64,000 bases of DNA from Alphaproteobacteria bacterium. GTDB lineage: Bacteria > Pseudomonadota > Alphaproteobacteria > UBA828. Position 1 is the stretch's first letter. Each line of letters starts with the position of its first letter. The notes below the pieces were generated by a model, which saw nothing but the letters and a program-made list of their open reading frames with translations, did no database searches and had not been told where the DNA came from. The DNA lies in the NCBI GenBank assembly GCA_965221125.1, contig CBDCRW010000007.1, forward strand, positions 224,001 through 288,000. The letters are read 5' to 3'. Of the stretch, positions 20,738 through 31,101 are shown in pieces. A program made the translations under genes and the position numbers.

Positions 20738-21454
20738 CTATTCGCGCGCGGCGCCGAAGAGGTGCAGCAGCAGGATGAAGATGTTGATGAAGTTGAGGTA
20801 GAGCGAGAGCGCGCCCATCACCGACTTCTTCACCATCACGGCCTGCCCGTCGCTCTCCCGGTAGACGTCCTTGATCCGCTGCGTGTCGTAGGCGGTGAGC
20901 CCGAGGAACACCAGCACGCCGATCACCGAGATCACGAAGTGAAGCATCTCCGACTGCAGGAAGATGTTCACCACCATCGCGATGATGACGCCGATCAGGC
21001 CCATGAACAGGAACGAGCCCCACGAGACCAGCGAGCGCTTGGTCGTGTAGCCGTAGATGCTCATCGCGCCGAACATGCCCATGGTGATGAAGAACACCCG
21101 GACGATGCTCGTCGCCGTATAGGCCATGAAGATGTAGGAGAGCGAGGCCCCCATGAGGATTGAAAAGACCCAAAACAGCCACTGCGCCGTGGTGTGCTTC
21201 ATGGTCTGGATCTTGATGCCTAAGAAGAACACGATGCCGAGCGGGGCCAGCATGACGACGAAGCCGAGGCCCGAGCCGTAGAGCACGTTGAAGAGCCCGG
21301 TATTGGCGATCACGTAGGCGGTGATGCCGGTGAGCGCGAGGCCCGAGGCCATGTAGTTGTAGACCCGGAGCATGTAGCTCCGCAGACCTTCGTCGACCTG
21401 CGCCTGGGTCAGGGTCGTGCCGGCGAACGGCCGGCCTTGCGTTCCGAGTGCCAT
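20738..21454 (-). CDS. Bax inhibitor-1/YccA family membrane protein
   Basis: DEGLRSYMLRVYNYM, YGYTTKR, GLTAYDTQRIK, GALSLYLNFINIF; 7 TM. Confidence 0.93.
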   Translation of the reverse strand: MALGTQGRPFAGTTLTQAQVDEGLRSYMLRVYNYMASGLALTGITAYVIANTGLFNVLYGSGLGFVVMLAPLGIVFFLGIKIQTMKHTTAQWLFWVFSILMGASLSYIFMAYTATSIVRVFFITMGMFGAMSIYGYTTKRSLVSWGSFLFMGLIGVIIAMVVNIFLQSEMLHFVISVIGVLVFLGLTAYDTQRIKDVYRESDGQAVMVKKSVMGALSLYLNFINIFILLLHLFGAARE

Positions 21455-21574
21455 CGAAGCGTCCTCTGGTGCGGCGAACTGTCGGATTCGAGGATAGATA
21501 TTAGGAAGCCCGCGGCCCACTTTCAATGCCTCTGCGCTATCGAAGACTCCGATAGCGGGCCGCAGACGGGCCGC

Positions 21575-22339
21575 TCAGGTATCGTTCGCGGGCGTTGAAG
21601 CGGTCCCGAACGCAGGCGCGCTCGGCGTGAGCTTGCGGTAGGCGACCGTGACCACGGCCACCGGAACGCCGACGGTGAGGAAGGTGAGCGCGTTGAAGAA
21701 GGACACCATCGCGCCGGGGCCGAAGGTGGCGAGCACCAGCGAGCCCAGCACGCCGCCCAGCAGGAAGAGCAGCACCGTGATCGCCACGAAGGAGAGCAGG
21801 ATCGCGCCCACGAGCTGAAGCGTGGCCCCGCGCAGCCGGCGCCGCGCGGCCATGAGCCCCTGGTAGTTGTCGACCGCCATCGCCGGGAAGGCCAGCGCGA
21901 ACGGGGCCGCGACGAAGAGCGTGATCAGCAGCAGCACCAGGACCAGCAGCAGGTCCTGCGCCTGCATCGCGACGAGCAGGATCTCCTGCGGCAGCAGGAA
22001 GAGGACGAGGCGGGCGAAATACCTGACATCCCGCGCGCCCGGCCAGAACTGGATCGGCACGTTCGTATCGCGCGTCCCCAGCAGCAGGTAGCGGTGCCAG
22101 GCCACCGCGAAGACCGAGAGCAGGAAGAGCCGCGCGATTGCGTGGATGATGAGCTGCACGGAGGACGCGTCGGTCTGGAGGTCGAGCCGCATCACCGCTG
22201 GCAGCAGCACCGCCAGCACCATGGGCGCCAGCGCCAGGCCCAGCATGGTGCGGAAATTGCGGAAGGTGAGGCGGAAGGCCTCTCCCACCGTCTCGTACAC
22301 CCTGAGCCTGGGCGGCGAGGGGGCTCCGTGGCCGTACAT
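21575..22339 (-). CDS. Hypothetical multi-pass membrane protein
   Basis: About 6 hydrophobic segments; AVAWHRYLLLG motif seen in alphaproteobacterial membrane proteins; abuts the upstream permease. Confidence 0.7.
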   Translation of the reverse strand: MYGHGAPSPPRLRVYETVGEAFRLTFRNFRTMLGLALAPMVLAVLLPAVMRLDLQTDASSVQLIIHAIARLFLLSVFAVAWHRYLLLGTRDTNVPIQFWPGARDVRYFARLVLFLLPQEILLVAMQAQDLLLVLVLLLITLFVAAPFALAFPAMAVDNYQGLMAARRRLRGATLQLVGAILLSFVAITVLLFLLGGVLGSLVLATFGPGAMVSFFNALTFLTVGVPVAVVTVAYRKLTPSAPAFGTASTPANDT

Positions 22340-24862
22340 CTATTCCACTCGCAGGAGGGGCGCCGCCTTGCGGCCGAGCGCACGCCATGTGCTCGCGAAT
22401 CCGAGTACGAGCGTCATGGTTATACAGGCAGCGGCCGTCACCGCCACATATTCGGGCAGGAAGCGCCATTGCAGGTCGAGCACCTGCGTCACGAAGGCCC
22501 AGGCGGCGAGCGTGCCGATGCCGATGGCGAGCCCGGCGATGGCGCAGCCGAGCAGGATGTGCTCGGCGAGGAAGGCGCGCAGCAGGTCGCCGCGTCTGGC
22601 GCCCAGCACCTTGAAGACGACCGCGTCGTGAACGCGGCGCTCGTGCCCGGCTGCAGTCGCGCCCGCCAGCACCAGCAGGCCCGCCGCCACGGTGAGCCCG
22701 GCCACCGCCTGGATCGCCAGGCCAATCCGCCCCATGAGTTCGTCCAAGGCCTCGATGATCGCGCGTATGGGAACCGCCGTGATGTTGGCGAAGCGCTCCG
22801 TCACCGCGCGCTCGAGCACGGATTCCGCCTCCGGCGTCGCGCGCGCGGTGGCGAGCTGCGTCTGCGGCGCTCCCTCAAGGAGTCCGGGTGAGAATATCAC
22901 GACGAAGTTGATATCGAAGGCTGTCCAGTCGACCCGGCGCAGGCTCGCGACCTCGGCCGTGAACTCGCGCCCCAGCACGTTGATCGAGAGCGTGTCGCCG
23001 AGGCCGAGGCCGAAATCGCGCGCCACCTCTTCCGTCAGCGAGACCAGCGGCGGCCCGTCGTGGTCGGCGGCCCACCATTCGCCGGCGACGATCTCCGCGT
23101 TGGGCGGCGGTTCGGCGGCGTAGGAGAGGCCGATGTCGCTCTGCACCACCCACTCCGAGCCCTGCGCGACCTTGGCGTCCCGCACCGGCACGCCGTCGAT
23201 GCGGACGACCCGGCCCCGCAGCATCGGCACGCGGCGGCCGTAATCGGCGCCTGCGGTCTCGTTCACCAGCCGCTCGAAGGGCGCGATCTGGTGCTTCTGG
23301 ATGTCGAGGAAGAAGAAGGCCGGCCGCTCGCCCTCGCGCTGCTCGCTGATCTGCGCGCCGAGGTTGCCCTCGACCAGCGCGATCGCCACCAGCACCGCGA
23401 GCCCGGTGCCGAGCGACATGGCGACCGGCACCGTGGGCGCGCCCGGCCGGCCCAGGTTGGCGAGGCCGAGCCGGAGCGCGGGCAGCCGCCTGGGGCGCGT
23501 CCTGCGCGCCAGGACGACCACCAGCGCTGCCGCCGCCCTGAAGATTGCGAGCGCCGCCGGCGCGCCGAGCACGAAGCCGAGCGCGATGTCGGGGCGGGGC
23601 GCGGTGGCGACCGCGATGCCGGCGAGCGCGCAGGCCGCGAGCACCGTGCCTGCGACTGCCGCCAGCGGCGGCCAGCCCGAGGCCGGCGCGGCAGCGCCGC
23701 GGAACAGCACGCCGGGCCGGGTCCGCGCGGCCCGGCCCAGGGGCCAGAGCGAGAAGGCGAGCATCGTGAGCGCGCCATAGGCCGCCGCGAGGCCTAACGG
23801 CGCGCCGTGGATCAGTCCCGCGAGCGGCACCGGCAGGGTATCGCCCATGATGGCGGAGAGGATGGGCGGGGTCGCAGCGCCGATGACGAGGCCCGCCGCG
23901 ATGGCGCCTAGCCCCAGCGCGCCGAGCTGCAGCAGGAAGGCGCGCTGCACCGTGCCGCGCGTGGCGCCCACGCACTTGAGCGCCGCGATGGTGTGCAGCT
24001 TGCCGTGCAGATGGCTGGAGACGGCGCTCGCGACGCCGATTCCGCCGACGAGCAGCGCCGCGAGCCCGGCGAGGGTGAGGAACAGGCCGACGCGGTCGAG
24101 CTGGCGCCGGAGCGAGGGGTTGGCGTCGCGCACGTCGCGCAGCCGCCAGACGCCGTCGGGGAACGCCGCCTCCAGCCCGGCGGTCCAGTCCGCGACCGCC
24201 GTGCCCTCCGGTATCAGGACGCGGTAGCGCTGCCGCACCAGGGCGCCCGGCTGCATCAGGCCGGTCGTCTCCAGCGCTGCGTGATCCATCATCAGCCGGG
24301 GGCCGAGCGCGAACCCCGAGGTGAGCTTGTCCGGCTCGCGCGCGAGCACGGCGCGCACCGTGAGCAGCGCCGTGCCCACCCGCAGCCTGTCGCCGATCCC
24401 GATCGCGAGCCGGTCGAGCAGGCTCTTCTCGACCGCGATACCGCCGCCGGCCAGGGCGTCTGCGAGCGGCATTCCGCCCTCGAGGCGCGCGCGGCCCACC
24501 AGCGGATAGGCGCCGTCCACCGCCTTGAGCTCGACCAGCGAGCGGCCGGCGCTGTCCTCAGTATGGGCCATGCCGCGCATGGTGACGACGTGGGAGAGCG
24601 CGGCGGCGTTCGCCTCCAGGTAGTCCGTCACCTCTTGCGCGAGCGGCTGCGAGAACTGCACCAGCTCCACGTCGCCGCCGAGTATCATGCGTGCGTCGCG
24701 GGCGAGGCCGGCCTTGAGCGCTTCGCCGAGGGAGCCGACGGCGGCCGTCGTCGCGACCCCCAGCACCAGGCAGGCGAGGAAGACGCGGAAGCCCCGCACG
24801 CCGCCCCGCAGTTCGCGCCGGGCGATGCGCCACGCCGTGCCGACCTCGCGAATTGCCGTCAA
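22340..24862 (-). CDS. ABC transporter permease, FtsX-like (YbbP type)
   Basis: ARRELRGG, LGGD, VELKAVDGAYPL, IAALKCVGA, FFFLDIQ, FKVLGA; 840 aa. Confidence 0.9.
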   Translation of the reverse strand: MTAIREVGTAWRIARRELRGGVRGFRVFLACLVLGVATTAAVGSLGEALKAGLARDARMILGGDVELVQFSQPLAQEVTDYLEANAAALSHVVTMRGMAHTEDSAGRSLVELKAVDGAYPLVGRARLEGGMPLADALAGGGIAVEKSLLDRLAIGIGDRLRVGTALLTVRAVLAREPDKLTSGFALGPRLMMDHAALETTGLMQPGALVRQRYRVLIPEGTAVADWTAGLEAAFPDGVWRLRDVRDANPSLRRQLDRVGLFLTLAGLAALLVGGIGVASAVSSHLHGKLHTIAALKCVGATRGTVQRAFLLQLGALGLGAIAAGLVIGAATPPILSAIMGDTLPVPLAGLIHGAPLGLAAAYGALTMLAFSLWPLGRAARTRPGVLFRGAAAPASGWPPLAAVAGTVLAACALAGIAVATAPRPDIALGFVLGAPAALAIFRAAAALVVVLARRTRPRRLPALRLGLANLGRPGAPTVPVAMSLGTGLAVLVAIALVEGNLGAQISEQREGERPAFFFLDIQKHQIAPFERLVNETAGADYGRRVPMLRGRVVRIDGVPVRDAKVAQGSEWVVQSDIGLSYAAEPPPNAEIVAGEWWAADHDGPPLVSLTEEVARDFGLGLGDTLSINVLGREFTAEVASLRRVDWTAFDINFVVIFSPGLLEGAPQTQLATARATPEAESVLERAVTERFANITAVPIRAIIEALDELMGRIGLAIQAVAGLTVAAGLLVLAGATAAGHERRVHDAVVFKVLGARRGDLLRAFLAEHILLGCAIAGLAIGIGTLAAWAFVTQVLDLQWRFLPEYVAVTAAACITMTLVLGFASTWRALGRKAAPLLRVE

Positions 24863-24866
24863 GGGA

Positions 24867-25550
24867 TCAGCCCTCGGCGGATGCGACGATCCGCCCGTCC
24901 GCGATGTGCACCATGCGGTCGCACTGCGCGGCGAGTTCGTGATCGTGGGTGACGAGGATCAGCGTCGAGCCCCGTTCGGCGCGGAGGCGGAAAAGCTCGC
25001 CCATCACTGCGCTTCCAGTCTCGCCGTCGAGGTTGCCGGTGGGCTCGTCGGCCAGCAGCACGTCCGGCCGGGGCACGAAGGCCCGCGCCATCGCGACGCG
25101 CTGCTGCTCCCCACCGGAAAGTTGGCTCGGATAGTGCTGCAGGCGCTCAGCAAGCCCGACGGTCTCCAGCGCCTCCCGCGCCGCGCCGAAGGGGTCGGCG
25201 TGGGTGCCGAGCTCCAGGGGCAGCGCCACGTTCTCCAGCGCCGTCATGGTCGGGATCAGGTGGAAGGCCTGGAACACGATGCCGACGGCGCGCCGCCTGA
25301 ACGCCGCGAGCGCGCTTTCCCCCAGCCCGCCGATGTCCGTGCCGCTCACGATGACGCTGCCGCTGTCCGCCCGCTCCAGGCCCGCGACGATGGCGAGCAG
25401 CGTCGACTTGCCCGCGCCCGAGGGCCCGAGCACGGCGATGCTCTCGTCCCGCTGGGCAGTAAACGAGAGCCCGCGCAGGATGTTGACGGGGCCTGCCTTG
25501 CTGGTCAGGGTGAGGTGCACGTCATCCAGCACCACCGCCGGATCGCTCAT
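24867..25550 (-). CDS. ABC transporter ATP-binding protein (YbbA type)
   Basis: [46 protein letters not shown]. Confidence 0.92.
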   Translation of the reverse strand: MSDPAVVLDDVHLTLTSKAGPVNILRGLSFTAQRDESIAVLGPSGAGKSTLLAIVAGLERADSGSVIVSGTDIGGLGESALAAFRRRAVGIVFQAFHLIPTMTALENVALPLELGTHADPFGAAREALETVGLAERLQHYPSQLSGGEQQRVAMARAFVPRPDVLLADEPTGNLDGETGSAVMGELFRLRAERGSTLILVTHDHELAAQCDRMVHIADGRIVASAEG

Positions 25551-26205
25551 GTCACCCCGCCGCTTCCCCGGCCGCGCGATATCGTGGGCCGCGGCCGCCC
25601 TCTGCGCGCTGCTGTTGCCATGCGCATCGCCCGCTGCCGCAGGCGAGCCCCGCATCGCCGTCCTCGGCGACAGCCTGACGGCGGGCTTCGGGCTCGCGCG
25701 GGAGGACGCCTTCCCGGCGCGTCTCGAAGCCGCGCTCCGGGCGGAGGGCCACGGGTGGCAGGTGATCGACGCCGGGGTCTCGGGCGACACCAGCGCCGGC
25801 GGGCGCGCCCGGCTCGACTGGGTGCTCGCCGATCGGCCGGAGATCGTGATCGTGGAGCTTGGCGCCAACGACGGCCTGCGCGGCCTGCCGACCGACCGGA
25901 TGGAGGCCAATCTCGACGCCATCCTCGCCGGAGTCGCCGGATCGGGCGCGTCGATTCTGCTCGCCGGCATGCGCGCGCCGGCCAACTTCGGCGCCGACTA
26001 TGCGGCCGCGTTCCGCGCGGTGTACGAGCGCCTCGCCGCCAGGCATCGTGTGGCCTTCTATCCGTTCTTCCTGGACGGGGTCGCCATAGTGCCCGCACTC
26101 AACCAGCCGGACGGCATCCATCCCAACGCGGCGGGCGTGGCCGAGATCGTGCGCCGCATCCTGCCCCATGTGGTGGCGCTCATCGCGCGCCGCAAGGGCG
26201 GCTGA
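25549..26205 (+). CDS. tesA: Arylesterase/acyl-CoA thioesterase I (SGNH hydrolase)
   Basis: GDSLTAG, AGVSGDTS, ELGANDGLRG, QPDGIHPN; divergent from YbbA, with the two starts sharing CATG at 25548-25551. Confidence 0.9.
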   Translation: MSPRRFPGRAISWAAAALCALLLPCASPAAAGEPRIAVLGDSLTAGFGLAREDAFPARLEAALRAEGHGWQVIDAGVSGDTSAGGRARLDWVLADRPEIVIVELGANDGLRGLPTDRMEANLDAILAGVAGSGASILLAGMRAPANFGADYAAAFRAVYERLAARHRVAFYPFFLDGVAIVPALNQPDGIHPNAAGVAEIVRRILPHVVALIARRKGG

Positions 26206-26229
26206 GGGGGAGGGGAGCGGGAACGCCCG

Positions 26230-26796
26230 ATGATCCGCCTCTTCGTCGCTCTCGCCCTGCCCGAGGACGTGCGCCGCCGGCTCGAGCTGCTGCATGGCGG
26301 CATTCCCGGCGCGCGCTGGCAGAGCGCGGAGCAAATGCACCTCACGCTCCGCTTCATCGGCGAGGTCGACGGCCCCGCCTTCCGCGAGATCATGGACGCG
26401 CTTGCGGACATCGAGGCCGGGGCCTTCACGCTCGCGCTGGAGGGCGTGGGCCACTTCCCGCCGCGCGGCCGGGCGCGCATCCTCTGGGCCGGCGTCGCGC
26501 CGAACCCTTCCCTCATGCGCCTGCAGGAGCGCACCGAGGCCGTCATCACCGGCCTCGGCCACGCGCCCGACGGCCGCAACTATGCGCCGCACGTCACCCT
26601 CGCGCGCTTCGCCTCGCGGGTGCCCCAGAACCGGCTTCAGGAGTTCGTGTCCTATCACGGCCCGTTCAGCAGCGGGCCGTTTCCGGTGCGCTCGTTCGAG
26701 CTGTTCTCGAGCCACCTCGGCGCCGGCGGCGCGCATTACGAGGTGGAGGCGCGCTATCCGCTGGCGCCGCCGCCGCTAGCGGACGACGACGCTTAG
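26230..26796 (+). CDS. thpR: RNA 2',3'-cyclic phosphodiesterase (2H family)
   Basis: RLFVAL, HLTLRFIG, PHVTLAR. Confidence 0.92.
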   Translation: MIRLFVALALPEDVRRRLELLHGGIPGARWQSAEQMHLTLRFIGEVDGPAFREIMDALADIEAGAFTLALEGVGHFPPRGRARILWAGVAPNPSLMRLQERTEAVITGLGHAPDGRNYAPHVTLARFASRVPQNRLQEFVSYHGPFSSGPFPVRSFELFSSHLGAGGAHYEVEARYPLAPPPLADDDA

Positions 26797-26808
26797 GCGC
26801 TGCCTGCC

Positions 26809-27207
26809 TCATCCGGTGGCCTCGATCCGCTCCATGTCCTCGTCCGAGAGGCCGAAGTGGTGGCCGATCTCGTGGATCAGCACGTGGCGGACGACCTCCT
26901 CCAGGCTGTTGCCGGTCTCGACCCAGTAGTCCAGCAGCGGCCGGCGGTAGAGGAAGATCAGGTCCACGTCCTCGCGCACGTCGTGGACCCCGCTCTGGTC
27001 GAGTGAGACGCCCTGATAGAGGCCGAGCAGGTCGTAGGGGCTCTCCAGCTCCATGTCCTCCTGCACCTCCTCGCTGGGGAAGTCCACGACGCGGATCATC
27101 ACCGGATCGACCCGCGCGCGCAGGAATTCCGGGATGCGGTGGTACTCGCGATCGGCGATCAGCTCGATGTCGGCCGCGCTCGGCGCATGGGTTTTCCGCC
27201 CGCTCAT
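26809..27207 (-). CDS. Zincin-like metallopeptidase
   Basis: LLGLYQG, IFLYRRP, HVLIHEIGHHFGLSD (HExxH). Confidence 0.88.
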   Translation of the reverse strand: MSGRKTHAPSAADIELIADREYHRIPEFLRARVDPVMIRVVDFPSEEVQEDMELESPYDLLGLYQGVSLDQSGVHDVREDVDLIFLYRRPLLDYWVETGNSLEEVVRHVLIHEIGHHFGLSDEDMERIEATG

Positions 27208-27330
27208 GGCGCCAAGCCTAAAGCCAATGGAACCTCAGAGAAATCGCGCGGTGTGGCGGCACGGGTGTGTCCACCTGCGGGGGCGCTATACTGCGCCGCT
27301 TCGACAATCGGAGGCGGGGAGGCCGGAAGG

Positions 27331-28161
27331 GTGAACAACAGGGAAGCGCTGCTGCGCGAGCTGCGCGAGCACGCGCTGCAGATCAGGCGCAACACGTGGC
27401 GGGCGCTGCGTGCGGCGGGCTCCGGCCACATGGGCGGCTCGCTGTCTGCGGCCGACCTGCTCGCCGCGCTCTATTTCCACTACCTGAGGCTCCGCCCCGA
27501 CGAGCCCGACTGGCCGGAGCGCGACCGCTTCGTGCTCTCAAAGGGCCACGCCAACACGGCGCTCGGCGCGGTGCTGGCCCAGGCCGGCTTCGTCGACGAC
27601 GGCTTCATCGACACCTTCTATGGCTTCGAATCCCTCTTCGGCATGCACCCGGACATCAAGGTCCCCGGCGTCGAGATGTCGACCGGCGGCCTCGGTCACG
27701 GCCTCTCCATCGCCCTCGGCATGGCGCTCGGCGCCCGGCTGCAGCAGAACGGCGCGCGCACCGTGGTGATGCTGGGCGACGGCGAGCTGCAGGAAGGCTC
27801 CAACTGGGAGGCGGCGATGGCGGCCGCGCACCTCGCGCCGCTCTCGCTCACCGCCATCGTCGACTACAACAAGGTGCAGCAGAGCGCCCACGTCGCCGAC
27901 CTGCTGGGGCTGGAGCCGCTGGCCGACAAGTGGCGCGCCTTCGGCTGGCAGGTGAGCGAGTGCGACGGGCACGACATGGAGGCCATCGTCGATGCCCTCG
28001 ACGCGCTGCCCACCGCCCCCGACAAGCCCGCGCTCCTCATCGCCCATACGGTGAAGGGCAAGGGCACGAGCTTCGCCGAGGACACCTACCTCTGGCACAA
28101 CAACGCGGTGAGCGAAGAGACCTACGAGAAGGCCATGGCCGAGCTGGGAGGGCAAGCATGA
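27331..28161 (+). CDS. Transketolase, N-terminal (TPP-binding) subunit
   Basis: GHMGGSLS, RDRFVLSKGH, STGGLGHG, GDGELQEGSNWEA, HTVKGKG. Confidence 0.92.
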   Translation: MNNREALLRELREHALQIRRNTWRALRAAGSGHMGGSLSAADLLAALYFHYLRLRPDEPDWPERDRFVLSKGHANTALGAVLAQAGFVDDGFIDTFYGFESLFGMHPDIKVPGVEMSTGGLGHGLSIALGMALGARLQQNGARTVVMLGDGELQEGSNWEAAMAAAHLAPLSLTAIVDYNKVQQSAHVADLLGLEPLADKWRAFGWQVSECDGHDMEAIVDALDALPTAPDKPALLIAHTVKGKGTSFAEDTYLWHNNAVSEETYEKAMAELGGQA

Positions 28162-29138
28162 GCGCGCCGCAGCCGGGCAACGGGGCCGAGCCCGCCTGGG
28201 TCAAGGCGGCGGCCGATCAGTCGCGCCTCGCCTTCGGGCTCGCGGTGACCGAGCTGGGGCGTCGCGACGAGCGCGTGGTGGCGGTCTCCGCCGACACACT
28301 CGACCTGATCGGGCTGCGGGGCTTCATCGACCATGCGCCCGAGCGCGTCATCGACGTCGGCATCGCCGAGCAGAACGCCATGGGCGTGGCCGCCGGCCTC
28401 GCCACCACCGGGCTCCGCCCCTTCGTCTGCGGCTACGCGCCCTTCATCTCGGCGCGCTCCATGGAGCAGGTGCGGAACGAGGTCGCCTACGCCGACCAGC
28501 GCGTGGTGATCGGCGCGGCCGCGAGCGGAGTCTCGCTCGCCGTCTCGGGCGGCACCCACCATGCGCTGGAGGACCTCGCGCTGATGCGGAGCTTCCCCAA
28601 CATGACGGTGCTGGTGCCGGCGGACGCCCACGAGGCGTGGCACGCGACGCTCGCGACCGACGAGATCGACGGCCCCGTCTACCTCCGCCTCGGCGGACGC
28701 GTGCCGGAGCGCCCGGTGACGCCGGTCGATGCGCCCTTCAGCCTGGGCAGGGCCACGCGGCTCGCCGAGGGCTCGGACGTCGCCATCGTCGCCTGCGGCG
28801 CCCTGGTGCCGCAGGCCGTGGATGCGGCGGCCACGCTCGCCGATCAGGGCGTGGGCGCGCGGGTGCTCAACATGTCCACCATCAAGCCCTTGGACGAAGA
28901 CGCCATCCTCGCCGCTGCCGAGGAGACGCGGGGCATCGTGACCGCCGAGGAGCACCACCTCACCGGCGGGCTCGGCGGCGCGGTGGCGGAGCTTCTCGCC
29001 GTGCGCCGGCCGACGCCCATGCGCATGGTCGGCATGCCCGACGAGTTCGCGTGCGTGGGCCCCACCGACAGGATCCGCGCGCGCTACGGCATGAGCGCCG
29101 GGCACATCGTCGACGCCTGCCTCGACCTCTTGGGCTGA
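28158..29138 (+). CDS. Transketolase, C-terminal subunit
   Basis: DVGIAEQN, GGTHHALED, GPVYLRL, TIKPLD, EEHHLTGGLG; ATGA overlap with the upstream gene. Confidence 0.92.
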   Translation: MSAPQPGNGAEPAWVKAAADQSRLAFGLAVTELGRRDERVVAVSADTLDLIGLRGFIDHAPERVIDVGIAEQNAMGVAAGLATTGLRPFVCGYAPFISARSMEQVRNEVAYADQRVVIGAAASGVSLAVSGGTHHALEDLALMRSFPNMTVLVPADAHEAWHATLATDEIDGPVYLRLGGRVPERPVTPVDAPFSLGRATRLAEGSDVAIVACGALVPQAVDAAATLADQGVGARVLNMSTIKPLDEDAILAAAEETRGIVTAEEHHLTGGLGGAVAELLAVRRPTPMRMVGMPDEFACVGPTDRIRARYGMSAGHIVDACLDLLG

Positions 29139-29254
29139 CCCGCCCGCTCCGGCCGCGCCCTGCTTGCGTCGGCTGCGCGATGGAATGAGAATGGCGGGCG
29201 TTGCCGGGCTGGCTGCCGCGCCATGCCGGCACAATCGGCGTGCGGGAGGCCGGA

Positions 29255-30754
29255 ATGTCGGAGATGCTCGAGCGTTCCGAGTGGTACGACATCGCGCGGG
29301 ACACCAACTGGACGCCCTCCTACGTCTCGCACGAGGAGCTGTTCCCGCCCCAGATGGGGGATCCCTACGACATCCCCGTCGAGGAGTGGGAGACCTTCGA
29401 CGAGCCCTACAAGGTCTCCTACCGCGAGTACGTCAACATCCAGCGCGAGAAGGATTCGGCCGCCTATTCGGTGAAGGCGGCGCTGGCGCGCTCGAAATTC
29501 TACGACCAGGCCGACGAGGGCTGGGCGAGCGTGCTCAAGCTGCACTACGGCGCCGTCGCGCTCACCGAGTACCAGGCCTGCCAGTTCCAGGCGCGGATGT
29601 CCCGCTTCGGCCCGTCGCCGGCCATGCGCAACATGTCGGTCTACGGCATGCTCGACGAGATGCGGCACACCCAGCTGCAGCTCTTCTTCCCGCACGAGCT
29701 GGTCCATCTCGACCGCCAGTACGACTGGGCCCACCAGGCGCAGCACTCCAAGAACTGGGCGGTGCTCGGCGGCCGTCACGCGATGGACGACATCATGATG
29801 ACGCGGGATGCCATCACGTCCTCAGTCATGGTCTCGTTCGCCTTCGAGACCGCGCTCACCAACCTGCAGATGATCGGGCTCTCCACCGACGCCGCCAACC
29901 TGGGCGATCACACCTTCTCGAACCTGATCACCAGCATCCAGTCGGACGAGGCCCGCCACGCCCAGCTCGGCACCCCCACCATCGAGATCATGATCCGCAA
30001 CGGCCGCAAGGAGGAAGCGCAGCAGGCCATGGACATCGCGCTCTGGCGCGTCTGGCGGCTCTTCGCGATCACCGTCGGCATCCCGATGGACTACTACATC
30101 CCGCTCGCGCAGCGGCACATGTCCTTCAAGGAGTTCATGCACGAGTGGGTCATCGACCAGTGGGAGCGGCAGGTGCAGGACCTCGGCCTGGAGCGACCGA
30201 GGTACTGGGACATCTTCCTCCTCGACATCGACAACCACCACCACTGCCAGCAGGGCGGCATCTGGTCCTGGCGGCCGACGGTGTGGTGGAATCCGCCGGG
30301 CGCCGTCGGGCCTGCGGAGCGCGAATGGCTCGAGGAGAAGTACCCCGGCTGGAACGAGAGCTACGGCAGCTACTGGGACGTGATCACCAACAACCTGCTC
30401 CAGGGCCACGAGGAAAAGACGCATCCCCAGTGCATCCCGATCATCTGCAACATGTGCCAGATCCCGATCTCGCACCGGCCGGGGCCGGAATGGGGCGCGC
30501 GGGCGTATCAGCGCGAGTACGGCGAGCGGCGCTACAACTTCTGCACCGAGGTCTGCCGCTGGATCTTCGATACCGACCCGGAGCGCTACAAGGACCACGA
30601 GACCATCGTGGACCGCATGTATTCGGGCGAGATCGACCCGCCGACGCTGGACAACGTGCTCACGTACATGGGCATCGGCGTCATCAGCGAGGGCGGCCGC
30701 GACGGCTACGACTACCGCTGGGTCGAGGGTTTTCGGGCCCAGGCGGCGGAATAG
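29255..30754 (+). CDS. tmoA: Soluble di-iron monooxygenase hydroxylase alpha subunit, toluene-4-monooxygenase (TmoA/TouA) type
   Basis: WYDIARDTNWTPSYV, YVNIQREKD; iron ligands E (LTEY), DEMRH, FET, DEARH; WLEEKYPGW; 499 aa. Confidence 0.9.
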   Translation: MSEMLERSEWYDIARDTNWTPSYVSHEELFPPQMGDPYDIPVEEWETFDEPYKVSYREYVNIQREKDSAAYSVKAALARSKFYDQADEGWASVLKLHYGAVALTEYQACQFQARMSRFGPSPAMRNMSVYGMLDEMRHTQLQLFFPHELVHLDRQYDWAHQAQHSKNWAVLGGRHAMDDIMMTRDAITSSVMVSFAFETALTNLQMIGLSTDAANLGDHTFSNLITSIQSDEARHAQLGTPTIEIMIRNGRKEEAQQAMDIALWRVWRLFAITVGIPMDYYIPLAQRHMSFKEFMHEWVIDQWERQVQDLGLERPRYWDIFLLDIDNHHHCQQGGIWSWRPTVWWNPPGAVGPAEREWLEEKYPGWNESYGSYWDVITNNLLQGHEEKTHPQCIPIICNMCQIPISHRPGPEWGARAYQREYGERRYNFCTEVCRWIFDTDPERYKDHETIVDRMYSGEIDPPTLDNVLTYMGIGVISEGGRDGYDYRWVEGFRAQAAE

Positions 30755-30787
30755 CCGGGCGGCATCGGTCGGGTTGTCGAGAGCGGC

Positions 30788-31057
30788 ATGAGCGCGTTCC
30801 CCATCCTGTCGCGCTTCCAGCAGGACGCGCACATCAAGACGGTCGAGATCGAGCCCGGCCAGACCATGGACGAGGTGGCGGCGACCTGCGCCTTCCACTC
30901 GATCGACCTGCACGTGGCGGACAGGCCGGGGCGGACGCTCCGCGTGCGGCCCACCACCGACGACGATTCCGCGCCGCCCTGGCCGCGCGACCTCACCGTA
31001 GAGCGAGCGGGTATCCGCTTCTACGACTGCATCGACATCTATTTCGAAGAGCCCTAG
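30788..31057 (+). CDS. tmoB: Toluene monooxygenase gamma subunit (TmoB type)
   Basis: MSAFP..F..D, TMDEVA..AFHS, PRDLTV..AG, DIYFEE; size and position. Confidence 0.82.
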   Translation: MSAFPILSRFQQDAHIKTVEIEPGQTMDEVAATCAFHSIDLHVADRPGRTLRVRPTTDDDSAPPWPRDLTVERAGIRFYDCIDIYFEEP

Positions 31058-31101
31058 GCGCTCGCGCGCCGGGGATGCGCGCACCGGAGATGGAGTGACG
31101 C

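Noticed and set aside
25548-25551. Overlapping divergent start codons of ybbA and tesA
   Set aside because: The divergent overlapping tesA/ybbA arrangement is a known conserved layout.
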